Source: an uncultured Solirubrobacterales bacterium (lineage in GTDB: Bacteria; Actinomycetota; Thermoleophilia; Solirubrobacterales; Solirubrobacteraceae). From it: DNA of 64,000 bases. Made by a program: the position numbers and the translations under genes. Location: the NCBI GenBank assembly GCA_963803595.1, contig CAWDNF010000019.1:23383-87382 (forward strand), in the 5' to 3' direction. Under the pieces are notes generated by a model. That model searched no databases. It was given only the letters and a program-made list of their open reading frames with translations, and had not been told where the DNA came from. This document shows positions 1-8,987 of the stretch, one piece after another (the first letter of the stretch is position 1; each line of letters begins with the position of its first letter).

Positions 1-145
1 CTGGCGAAAGCTCCAAGCGATACGCGCCTACCGCTCTCAGTTGCGCGGCTTCGGCCGTGGCTTCCCAACCCAGATCATGCTCTACCAGTGGGCCGACGGT
101 GGCGAGCCGATCGCGTGGAGAGGCCGTACCGTCAAGGGCGCGTGA
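1..145 (+). CDS. 3' end of a probable PIG-L/LmbE-family N-acetylsugar deacetylase (partial)
   Basis: Frame 2 reads WRKLQAIRAYRSQLRGF...GA*. K-x2-A-x3-Y-x-S-Q resembles the C-terminal motif of PIG-L proteins. The TGA at 143-145 overlaps a GTG of the next gene. Confidence 0.45.
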   Translation, partial: WRKLQAIRAYRSQLRGFGRGFPTQIMLYQWADGGEPIAWRGRTVKGA

Positions 146-970
146 CCGCGATGAGCTCAGCCCAGGCCGACCTCAACCAGATCGAATGGCGCCAGGGCAA
201 CTACTCATGAGTACTCGCGGGCGTGAGCTGCGGCCTGTCGAGGTGATCCTCCTGGTCGCGCTACCGGGCGGCAATCGCGGAGCGCGTGCTGGAGTCGGCT
301 GCGGCGCCGGCCGGTTGCTCGGCTACCGTCGCCAGTTGAGCTCGGAGGCCTATGGGATAGACCTCAGCCCCGTGATGGCCGATCATTGCGGCGGCTGTAT
401 CCGCAGGCGAACGTGGGCGTTGGGGACCTCCGGGAGCGGGGCGTGTATCCCCGCCCTCCGCTCAGCCTCATCTTCGCCTCCTACAACGTGATCGACGTGC
501 TCGACGACGCCGAGCGCCGGGAAGTGATCGAGCATTGGCGGGGCCTGCTCGGCCCGGGTGGGCTGCTGATCTTCTCTTCCCACAACCTGAACGTGATCGA
601 TGGCCACGGTGAGGACGCGTCGTCCGCAGGCACGTTGCGTCAGCGCATCGGGCGGATCCTCGACACCTCGCCGTATTGGGCCGCGCGCCAGGCCGCTCGG
701 GTTCCGGCCCGGATCCGCAACCGCCGCCGGCTCGCGCCGCTTCAGCGGCGCGAGGACGGTTATGCGATCGTCAATGACGAGGCGCATGACCACAGCCTTC
801 TTCACTACTACGTCCGACGCGATGACCAGGAGCGCCAGCTGATCGAGCTCGGCTTCGAGCTGATCGAGTGCCTCGATCTCGACGGCAACCGCGTGGAACG
901 CGGCGAGCAAAGCCTGAGCGCCGAGCTTCATTACGTGGCGCGCCCGCTGGCTGGCCCGCGCTCGCCCTAG
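142..970 (+). CDS. Class I SAM-dependent methyltransferase (frameshifted in this sequence)
   Basis: SAM motif GVGCGAGR and YGIDLS are in one frame; LGPGGLLIFSSHN is in ORF 386-970. At least two indels; start GTG142 or ATG151. Confidence 0.7.
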
Positions 971-1666
971 TCAGTCCGCGCGCTCCTGGACCGCGGCCGC
1001 GGCCGCATATCCGGGCTTGGTCGCCACGTCGAACACTCTCCAGCCCCGTTGGGGTGAGGGCGTACCAGTTGGGTCGGCGAGGCCGCAAGCGGGGCCGGCT
1101 AGGCCGCAGCCGACACCTGTCCCGACGCCCTTCAGGTAGGCCTCCTTGCGCGCCCAAAGGCGCGCGAAGACCTCGGGCCGCTGGGCTGAGGCAGCTCTTT
1201 CGAGCTCGTCGCGCTCGCTGGCGGGCAGGAGCCGAGATACCTGGCGGGAGGCCTCCTCACTCGGGACCAGCTCAACGTCGACCCCCACAGCGGTCTCGGC
1301 AATCGCCACCAGCACGATGTCACCGCGGCGCGAGAGCGAGAAGTGCACATCAGCGGCTGGCCAGGCCAGCACCGGCCGCCCGTGCTGGTCACCGCAGGCC
1401 GGGCACGTCGCCCGGCGGAACAGCAGCTGTCGGGGCGCGAGCCCGAGGCGCACGCCCAGCAACTCGCGCAGCAGCAGGTGGCTGGCGAGGAAGCGCTCGC
1501 GGTCGGCTGGTTCTCTCAGACGACGGGCATGCTCCTGTTCGGCTTCAGACAGGCCCGCGACCGAGACCGGGGATGAGTCGGAGACTCGCAGGGACCACAA
1601 CTCGACCGGCTCGCACACCACGCATGGCTGGGCGCTGTCCATCAGGTGGAGAGATGCAACGGCCAT
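971..1666 (-). CDS. Sfp-type 4'-phosphopantetheinyl transferase
   Basis: HGRP, FSLS, VGVDVE and WARKEAYLKGVG motifs. Confidence 0.9.
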   Translation of the reverse strand: MAVASLHLMDSAQPCVVCEPVELWSLRVSDSSPVSVAGLSEAEQEHARRLREPADRERFLASHLLLRELLGVRLGLAPRQLLFRRATCPACGDQHGRPVLAWPAADVHFSLSRRGDIVLVAIAETAVGVDVELVPSEEASRQVSRLLPASERDELERAASAQRPEVFARLWARKEAYLKGVGTGVGCGLAGPACGLADPTGTPSPQRGWRVFDVATKPGYAAAAAVQERAD

Positions 1667-1669
1667 GAC

Positions 1670-4093
1670 TCACACCAACCCGAGTTGGCCATCCGCCAGC
1701 CATCTGGCTCGCTCACCGGTGCGGAAAGCGTGGCCGCTGCCGTCGGGTGCCTCGGTGAACGCGGCGTCGGTGGGCCCCCGTGACCCGAGATACCCCGAGG
1801 TGACACCCGTGCCCGCGAAGAGCAGCTCCCCCACCACTCCGACCGGCACGGGCTGTCCCTCGAGATCAACGACGTAGCCGCGCAGGTTTGCGATCGGGCG
1901 GCCGATTGTGAGTGGTTGTGACCGCTGCACGTATGCGAGCGTCGCGCAGAGCGTCGTCTCTGCAGAACCGTAGGCGCTCCACAGCACCGGTGCCCGGGCC
2001 AAGATCTGCTGAGCGAGCTCCGATGTGAGTGGGCCACCGAAGCTGACAGCCACGAGGCCGCGCCGCGCCCGCAGCCCGCTCGCAACCAGAGCTTCCCAGC
2101 GCTCGGGAGCGGCGACGAGAACATTTGCCTCGTGACGGCGGAGCAGTCTGGAGACTGCGGCTCCGTCTTCCTCCTCGCCGCCCGCCGTCAGCACGACGTC
2201 GGCGCCCGCCGCGAGCGCGGCCCAGAGCACAAGCAGGGATCGCTCGGAGAGCTCCTCGGAGAGAAGCAGCACGGTGTCGTGCGGCGTGGCCCTGATTTCG
2301 CTCGCAAACACCCGGGCGAGATTGCCCACAGCGGCGTGGCGGATGGGAACCTCCACGGCCTCCCCGTCGGGCCAGAGACGGCGCGCTACGCAACACACGC
2401 CCTCAGGGGTCACGGCTGTTCTCGTCGCCAACGCGCCTCCTACGGGGTCTACGAGGCGGTAGGCGTACCCCGCGCGCAGCGCGCCCCAGGCCTGGGCGAC
2501 GGTCTCGATCGCAGGCACTGCGACGACGTCCACGATGCTCGCCGGTGAAGTCTCGCCGTCGCGATGGCGAGCAAGGGCAGCGTCGGCGAGCCGTTCGAGC
2601 TCGTCCAGCTCGACCGCCTGCTCTGCGATCGTCAGCCGTGGCGGATCATCCGACCCGCCCGCTTCGCTCAACATCCCGTCGATCGTCGTTGGCAGCTGCT
2701 CGACGGAGGTGGCGTTCCACTCAATGAGCTGTAGGCGCGCCTCAGCGGCCGTCGTGAGCGGCAAGCTGCCGATTGCCCTCCCCGGCTCGGCCACGGCGGC
2801 ACGCGCCAACCGGACCCACAGATCCGCCAAGTGCCTTGCGGAGGCGGCCGAGAACAGCTCACGGTCGTAGATCAGCCGGCCCTGAAGATGGCCGTCGGGA
2901 CGCTCATCGAGCTGGAGCTCGAGGTCGAGCTTAGTGCCGCCCACGACGCTGTTCACCTCGCCGGCAACCTGGTGCAGCGACCAGCTCGAATCAGACGTCT
3001 CATACGCGGGCTCGAGGATGATCATCGTCCCGTAGATCGGGTTGGCGTCCTCGCTCCGCGCCTCGCCGATGTCGCGTACGACGCGCTCGAACGGCACCAG
3101 GTGGTCGAGCCCGTCAAGCAGCTCGTTGCGGACGCGGACGAGCAGGTGGCTGAAGCTCGCCGTCTGGTCGAGCTGAACTCGGAGTACCAGTGGGGTGAGG
3201 GCGTAGCCGACGACGCCCTCGAACTCGCGGCGCTGGCGTAGATCGGCCGCGGTGGCGAAGACCACCTCATCCTGACCGCAGACGCGAGCCAGGAGGACCG
3301 ACCACACCGTCGCAAGCGCCTGGAAGAGGGTCCCTCCAGCCTCCGCCGCGACTCCTCCCAGGCTCGCCAGCTCGTCTGCCTCCAGTCGGAGCGGAACGCT
3401 CGCGCCACGGAAGCTACGAGGCTTGGGAGGAGTCCTGTCGACCGGCAGCGATAACGGCTGCACATCCGCAAGGTGCGTGCGCCAGTAGGACAACCGGCGC
3501 TCGAAGCGCTCGCCGCACGACCATTCGCGCTCCCAGTGGGCGTAGTCGAGGTAGCTCGCGGTCGGCTCGACCCGTTCCGGGCGCTCGCCGCAGGCGAACG
3601 CTTCATACAGCGCCACCAGGTCGGGCAAGATCACTCGCGCGAGGCTGACGCCGTCGAACACAATGTGGTGCATGGCGAGCACCAGGCGGTGGTGCTGGCC
3701 CGGGAAGTGCACGAGCCACGGACGCACGAGTGGTCCTCGCCGAAGGTCGTAAGGCACGGCAGCGGTGCGCCCCGTCACCCGCGCCGTTTGTCGCTCTGCC
3801 TCCTCCCACGTCAGGTCGGTGAGGTCGAGGACGGGCATCGCAAGGTCCAGGACGGGGTGGACTACCTGAACCGGCTCCCCGTCGATCAGCTCGAACGTCG
3901 TCCGCCAAGCGGCGTGGCGGCGCAGGATCTCGCGAAACGCCAAGCGGAGCGCGCCTACGTCCAGCGGCCCCTCCTTGTGAATCGCGATCGCCTCGTTGTA
4001 GCTGACCCGTCGCGGCGCGAGCAGACTCAGGACCCACACGCCCTCTTGCGCGACCGAGAGAGGCGAGGCCGGAGGGGCCTGTATCCCGCTCAT
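1670..4093 (-). CDS. NRPS-like protein: condensation domain plus degenerate, truncated adenylation domain
   Basis: MHHIVFDG active site, YW, VPFE. C-terminal AYGSAET, IGRPIAN, GEL..G.GV..GYL and FRTGERARW, then stop. ATG at 4093 overlaps the P450 stop (ATGA). Confidence 0.88.
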   Translation of the reverse strand: MSGIQAPPASPLSVAQEGVWVLSLLAPRRVSYNEAIAIHKEGPLDVGALRLAFREILRRHAAWRTTFELIDGEPVQVVHPVLDLAMPVLDLTDLTWEEAERQTARVTGRTAAVPYDLRRGPLVRPWLVHFPGQHHRLVLAMHHIVFDGVSLARVILPDLVALYEAFACGERPERVEPTASYLDYAHWEREWSCGERFERRLSYWRTHLADVQPLSLPVDRTPPKPRSFRGASVPLRLEADELASLGGVAAEAGGTLFQALATVWSVLLARVCGQDEVVFATAADLRQRREFEGVVGYALTPLVLRVQLDQTASFSHLLVRVRNELLDGLDHLVPFERVVRDIGEARSEDANPIYGTMIILEPAYETSDSSWSLHQVAGEVNSVVGGTKLDLELQLDERPDGHLQGRLIYDRELFSAASARHLADLWVRLARAAVAEPGRAIGSLPLTTAAEARLQLIEWNATSVEQLPTTIDGMLSEAGGSDDPPRLTIAEQAVELDELERLADAALARHRDGETSPASIVDVVAVPAIETVAQAWGALRAGYAYRLVDPVGGALATRTAVTPEGVCCVARRLWPDGEAVEVPIRHAAVGNLARVFASEIRATPHDTVLLLSEELSERSLLVLWAALAAGADVVLTAGGEEEDGAAVSRLLRRHEANVLVAAPERWEALVASGLRARRGLVAVSFGGPLTSELAQQILARAPVLWSAYGSAETTLCATLAYVQRSQPLTIGRPIANLRGYVVDLEGQPVPVGVVGELLFAGTGVTSGYLGSRGPTDAAFTEAPDGSGHAFRTGERARWLADGQLGLV

Positions 4094-5329
4094 TCTGCGA
4101 GGACGTTCAGGGCGATCAATCCGCGCAGACCGAGGTTGGGGCGCCACTGGACTGGCTCATCGGCCGCCGAGAGCGATGGGAACCTCGCAAGCAGGGCCTC
4201 GAAGGCGAGCCCGCCCTCGATCCGAGCCAGCGGCGCACCGAAGCAGAAGTGGGCGGCCCATCCGAAAGCGACGTGACGGTTGTCCGGGCGTGCCAGGTCG
4301 AGCCGGTCGGGGTCAGGGAAGCGCTCCGGATCTCGGTTGGCCGCGCCCATGACCGCGATAACCGCTGCGCCCGCGGGAATCTCCGTCTCGCCCAAGAATG
4401 GCGTCGGCCGGAGCGAGACGAGCGGTGTGCTGGCTTGGGCTCTCATAACGCAGGAGCTCCTCCACCGCGCTGGGCATGAGCTCCGGTTCCGCGCGCAGCC
4501 GTTCGAGCTGCTCGGGCTGACGCAGCAGCGTCAGCAGCCCATTGCCGATCAGGTTGGTGGTCGTCTCCTGGCCACCGACCATGGTGACGATCACGTTGGC
4601 GATGATCTCCTCCTCGGTGAACCGATCACCGTCGACCTCCGCGCTCGCCAGCGCATTGATCAGGCCCTCAGTCGGCTGCTCCGCCTCACGGCGGACGGCG
4701 GCGCGGAAGTAATCGACCATCTCCTCGACGGTCTGCAGGACTCGCCGTGCCCGGCCAGGGTTGTGCTGGAAGTTTCCAAGCATCTCGGCGAAGTCCTGGG
4801 ACCACGCCTTCAGCCGCGGGTGATCGGTTATCGGAACCCCGAGCATCTCGGCCGTGACGATCGCCGGCAGCGGGTTAGCGAGCCCATCCATAAGCTCGAA
4901 CCGCCCACCCTGGACGTCGAGCCGCTCGACCAGCTCATGCGCAATCTCTTGGATGTGCTCGCGCAGGCGAGCGACACGGCGAGGGGTGAACGCTGCAGCC
5001 GCCAGTCCTCGCACCCGCCGGTGCTCGGGCGGATCGAGGAACAGCATCTGCCGGACCATCAGCTGAGCAATCGGAGACAGCTCCCCCATTCCGAGTTCCG
5101 CGAGTCGCTCCGGCGTCGGCGTGCGAGCGGCGCGGAACCGCTGCAGAACCGTGACGACGTCCTCGTAGCGGGTGACCACCCAGGCGTGGAGGTAAGGGTC
5201 CCAGTGGACAGGATCCTCCTCGCGCAACCGCCGGTAGAGCGGATATGGGCTGGCCAGGACATCCGGATCGAGTAAGTGGTAGAGGCTCAGCGGCGACTCG
5301 CGATTCTCGAGCGCCGCCGATCCGCTCAT
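4090..5329 (-). CDS. Cytochrome P450 (one frameshift near 4392)
   Basis: GGQETT I-helix and EELLR ExxR in ORF 4313-5329; heme loop FGWAAHFCFG in ORF 4090-4446. Removing one base from the CCC run at 4391-4393 joins them. Confidence 0.9.
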
Positions 5330-7125
5330 CCCGTCACCGCCTCGGTGGCAGCGTGCCGCCCGCGCTGACGGTCGACCTCGGCGGCGATCTCGGCCGGGGT
5401 CGGGTGGTCGAATAGGTGGCGGAGGCTGATCTCAGCGCCGAAGCGCTCCTCCAGGCGGACGATCAGCTGAGCGCCAAGCATCGAGTGGCCGCCGATGAGA
5501 AAGAAGTTCTCATCGCTGCCGACCGTTTCCGTGCCGAGGAGGTCAGCGATGATCGCTGCCACCTCTGCTTCGGTGGTCGTGTTTACGGTCTGGCGAGCGC
5601 CATCCAGCGCCGGCGCGTCGGATGCCGGTGTCACTGCGTCCGGCTCGGGGAGCCCCGCGCGATCGAGCTTGCCATGGGCCGTGACCGGAAGCTCGTCGAG
5701 GAGAACCCATTGCGAGGGCACCATGTACTCGGGCAGGCTGGCGGCCGCGTGGGCCGCGAGCTCTGCGGGGTCCGGAGCGGCGCCCGTCGCCGGCACGACG
5801 TAGGCGACGAGCCGGCGGTCACTGCTCGAGTCTCCAGCCGCCACCACAGCGCTCGCGCTGACATCCGGATGACGCGCCAGCGCGGCCGAGACCTCGCCGG
5901 GCTCGACGCGGAAGCCGCGGATGCTGAGCTGGTCGTCGAGCCGACCCAGGAACTCGAGCTCTCCATCCTGGCGCCAGCGCGCGCGATCCCCTGTGAGGTA
6001 GCGCCGGCCGCGTGGGGTCTCGCGGAAGCGCTCCGTCGTCAGATCGGGCCGGCCGAGGTACCCGCGTGCCAGCGCGACGCCGCCGAGCACCAGCTCGCCT
6101 TGTTCGCCGGGCGCCACAGGCTCGAATCGCTCATCCACCACCTCCGCCTGGACCCCGTCAATCGGCCGACCGATCGACGGGCGGCCGTCTCCCCCGGCAG
6201 CCACGAGCCCGGACGTGGCGACGACCGTCGTCTCGCTCAGGCCGTAGTTGTTGACGAGCGCGAAGGGCAGCTCCTGGGGGGGGCGGCGTCCGAGCGCGTC
6301 GCCGCCCGTAAGCAGGTAACGCAGCTTCCCAGCGGTCGGCCACGGAAGCTCCAGCAGCCGCTCGGCCAGCGCGGTCGGGATAAACGAGATCGCGATCTCC
6401 TTGGATAGCAGCCAGTCGCGCAGCCGCGCGGGATCTGTGCGCAGCTCGTCGGGCACCACGAGGATGGTCGCCCCAGCGACGAGGGCCGGCCAGATCTCCC
6501 AGACCGCCGCGTCGAACCCGGGGCTGGCGATCTGTGTCGTGCGATCGCCGGCGGTGAGGCCGAAGGCGCGCAGATGCCAGTGCACGAGGTTCATGAGACT
6601 GGCGTGCTCGATCAGCACGCCCTTGGGGAGGCCCGTCGAGCCGGAGGTGTAGACGACGTAGGCGAGATCGTCCGGCCCCGGGGGCGTAATGGCCGGAAGG
6701 TCGCTTGGGCGCCCGGACGCTACCTCGCCAACCGAAGCCAGCACGACGGGTACTGCGTCTCCGAGGATCTCCGCAGTCGGGGCGTCGGCCACTACGGCCG
6801 CCACCCCGGCGTCTTCCAGCATCCAGTGGATCCGGGCCTGCGGGTACCGCGGGTCGATTGCCACGAACGCACCACCCGCCCGCAGCACGGCAAGACCGGC
6901 GACCACCAGGGCGGCCGAACGTTCAACACACTGGGCCACGAGCGCTCCCGGCTTGACGCCACATGCCCGCAGCTCGGCGGCTAAGCGATCCGCGCGCTCC
7001 TCCAGCTGCCGGAAGCTGAGCACCGCGTCATCCGCTATCACGGCAAGGTCATCCGGCCGCTCTTCGAACACCCGCGCCAGGCGCGGAACGATCGTCTTGG
7101 CCCCCATGGTCTGCGCGGTTCTCAT
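5326..7125 (-). CDS. Stand-alone NRPS adenylation-thiolation (A-T) didomain, Leu-type specificity code
   Basis: YTSGSTGLPKG, FDAAVWE, NNYGLSE, TGD, RGFRVEPGE, HGKLDR; PCP motif GGHS. Start ATG7125 or ATG7107. Confidence 0.92.
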   Translation of the reverse strand: MRTAQTMGAKTIVPRLARVFEERPDDLAVIADDAVLSFRQLEERADRLAAELRACGVKPGALVAQCVERSAALVVAGLAVLRAGGAFVAIDPRYPQARIHWMLEDAGVAAVVADAPTAEILGDAVPVVLASVGEVASGRPSDLPAITPPGPDDLAYVVYTSGSTGLPKGVLIEHASLMNLVHWHLRAFGLTAGDRTTQIASPGFDAAVWEIWPALVAGATILVVPDELRTDPARLRDWLLSKEIAISFIPTALAERLLELPWPTAGKLRYLLTGGDALGRRPPQELPFALVNNYGLSETTVVATSGLVAAGGDGRPSIGRPIDGVQAEVVDERFEPVAPGEQGELVLGGVALARGYLGRPDLTTERFRETPRGRRYLTGDRARWRQDGELEFLGRLDDQLSIRGFRVEPGEVSAALARHPDVSASAVVAAGDSSSDRRLVAYVVPATGAAPDPAELAAHAAASLPEYMVPSQWVLLDELPVTAHGKLDRAGLPEPDAVTPASDAPALDGARQTVNTTTEAEVAAIIADLLGTETVGSDENFFLIGGHSMLGAQLIVRLEERFGAEISLRHLFDHPTPAEIAAEVDRQRGRHAATEAVTG

Positions 7126-7250
7126 GCCAAACCCCGGCGACGCCAATAATACGGTCTATCGGCCCTCGCGCCGCTTTCGTTGAACTTTGTGACTGCGGTT
7201 GACGATGTGCCAACCGGATTCACCAAGTTCCGCGCGGCTAGGAACCACAC

Positions 7251-8987
7251 CTAGCCACCCACCAGCCGACCCAGCCCGGCGTCGAGCACTTCGAGCAGAC
7301 GGCGTTGGAGCGGTGGATCGCGGAGCGTGTGGTCGGCCGTCGGCATCCGCACGAGCATGAAAGAAGGTGCAGCATCCACCACCCTCCGAAGCGCCCGCTC
7401 GGTTTCGAGGTCGTCGGCCAATGGCTCGTTCTCGGAGAACACGAACAGGAGCTCCGCGCGCCGGTCGTCCAGCTTTCCCAATGCGACTTCGATCGCGTGC
7501 CGGCGACGGCGCCGGAGCCACGCGCGGCGGGGCGTGCGGACAACGCCGAGGGCAAGCATCCCCGCGGCGTGGTAGACGTTCTCACGCTTGCGCAGGAGCC
7601 GCGGCGCCTTTTGCCACTCCCGGTCGAGAAACAGTGCGCGGCTCCAGAAGAAGCACCACAGATTGATCATGAAGGCGCCCGCCACGCGTGGATCGCACTC
7701 GGCTGCGCGGAACGACCAGTAGGCACCCGAACAGAGCCCAGCCAGGACGAATCGCGGCGGGAAGCCGCGGTGCTCGAGCTCGTCAAGCAGCCGAAGCGTC
7801 TGCTGGCTCAGCTCGGGGACGTAGTAGGCATGCTCGGAGGCGTAGCGTGCCTCGTCGCCCTCGGAGTCACCCAGCGCGTTCATGTCCACCCGCAGCGTGG
7901 GGACGCCGCGCGCGGCCCAGCGCCGGGCGATCTCGACCCACACGCGATTGGGACCGATTCGCCGCACCGGACCAGCATTGAGGAGGACCGCACAAACGTC
8001 CGCCCGCGGCTCGTCCACCGGCTCCGCCAGGATCCCGAACAGACGTCCGAACTCGAGGTCGAAGAAAGTCGGCGTCTCACGTATCGCGTTGCCGTTTACG
8101 GTCAGCTGCAGAGTGTCCGAGGCGTCGGCGGCCGGAGGGGCTGAGGATCGCCCCCCACCGCGCGTGCCTGGCGCAGCCACCGCGACGCGCGCGGGCTCGC
8201 GCAGCCACGCGCTTGTCGTGGCGAAAGCCCCCTCGGGCCGGCGTGACCAACGGGGGTCGTCCATCATCCGCGCGTACCCCTCACCCGGTGCCACCGTCAC
8301 TTCGACGCCCAGCCCCTCCAGGTGCGCCAGAAGACGCTTGTCGGGACCTATCCCGTCGCGGTCGAGCAACAGCACACGCCGCTCGTCGGTGTCAGCAAGC
8401 TCGAGCTGAGTCAGATCGAGCTCGCGCAGCGATCCCATCGTCTCCGAGCTCAGCCGAAAGCCACCGGCGGCGAGTCCGTCGTAGTCACCCTCGCCGGGCG
8501 GCGCCGCGCCGGTCCACTCGGCCTCGAGGCGGGCAAAGGCCTCGAGCTCGCGAACGAGCGAGCGCCCGCGGGCGGGCACCGCCCACAGCACGAGGTCGTC
8601 GATTTCACCACCGTGGGCGACCGAACGAACCGCTACGAGGCCGCCGAGGCCAATGCCAATGGCCACCACACGTCGGCAGTCGGTGCGGCTTCGCAGGAGC
8701 ACGGCTGCCTGTCCAGCGGCAGCTGTCCAGGCGTCCAGGCGTCCGGGATCCGAGGGCGAGCCAGCGCTGTCGCCGCTGCCCGGAAAGTCGAGCCTGAGAG
8801 CGGGATGCCCGTTCGCCGCCAGGTGCTCCGCCCAGGCACGGCGGCTGCGGTAGGAGCACACCTCATCCCAGCCGAACGGCGGGCAGAGCAGGACGCCGGT
8901 GTCGCTCCGCGCCCCGGCGTCAGGCAGATGCAAGAAAACGAACGCCGGGTGAGGCTCTAGCTCGAGATAGAGCGGTACCGCGCTCAT
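7251..8987 (-). CDS. Tandem (double-domain) alpha/beta-hydrolase-fold protein
   Basis: Two LRxD..G.GDS repeats; elbow motifs GIGLG (N domain) and GLCSG (C domain); C-terminal ADH. Confidence 0.8.
   Translation of the reverse strand: MSAVPLYLELEPHPAFVFLHLPDAGARSDTGVLLCPPFGWDEVCSYRSRRAWAEHLAANGHPALRLDFPGSGDSAGSPSDPGRLDAWTAAAGQAAVLLRSRTDCRRVVAIGIGLGGLVAVRSVAHGGEIDDLVLWAVPARGRSLVRELEAFARLEAEWTGAAPPGEGDYDGLAAGGFRLSSETMGSLRELDLTQLELADTDERRVLLLDRDGIGPDKRLLAHLEGLGVEVTVAPGEGYARMMDDPRWSRRPEGAFATTSAWLREPARVAVAAPGTRGGGRSSAPPAADASDTLQLTVNGNAIRETPTFFDLEFGRLFGILAEPVDEPRADVCAVLLNAGPVRRIGPNRVWVEIARRWAARGVPTLRVDMNALGDSEGDEARYASEHAYYVPELSQQTLRLLDELEHRGFPPRFVLAGLCSGAYWSFRAAECDPRVAGAFMINLWCFFWSRALFLDREWQKAPRLLRKRENVYHAAGMLALGVVRTPRRAWLRRRRRHAIEVALGKLDDRRAELLFVFSENEPLADDLETERALRRVVDAAPSFMLVRMPTADHTLRDPPLQRRLLEVLDAGLGRLVGG

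Noticed and set aside
4380-4400. Programmed frameshift or phase variation in the P450 (also GH26-5 and a GT4)
   Set aside because: Runs are only 3-4 bases with no slippery heptamer; similar indels hit essential genes, so sequencing error is more likely.
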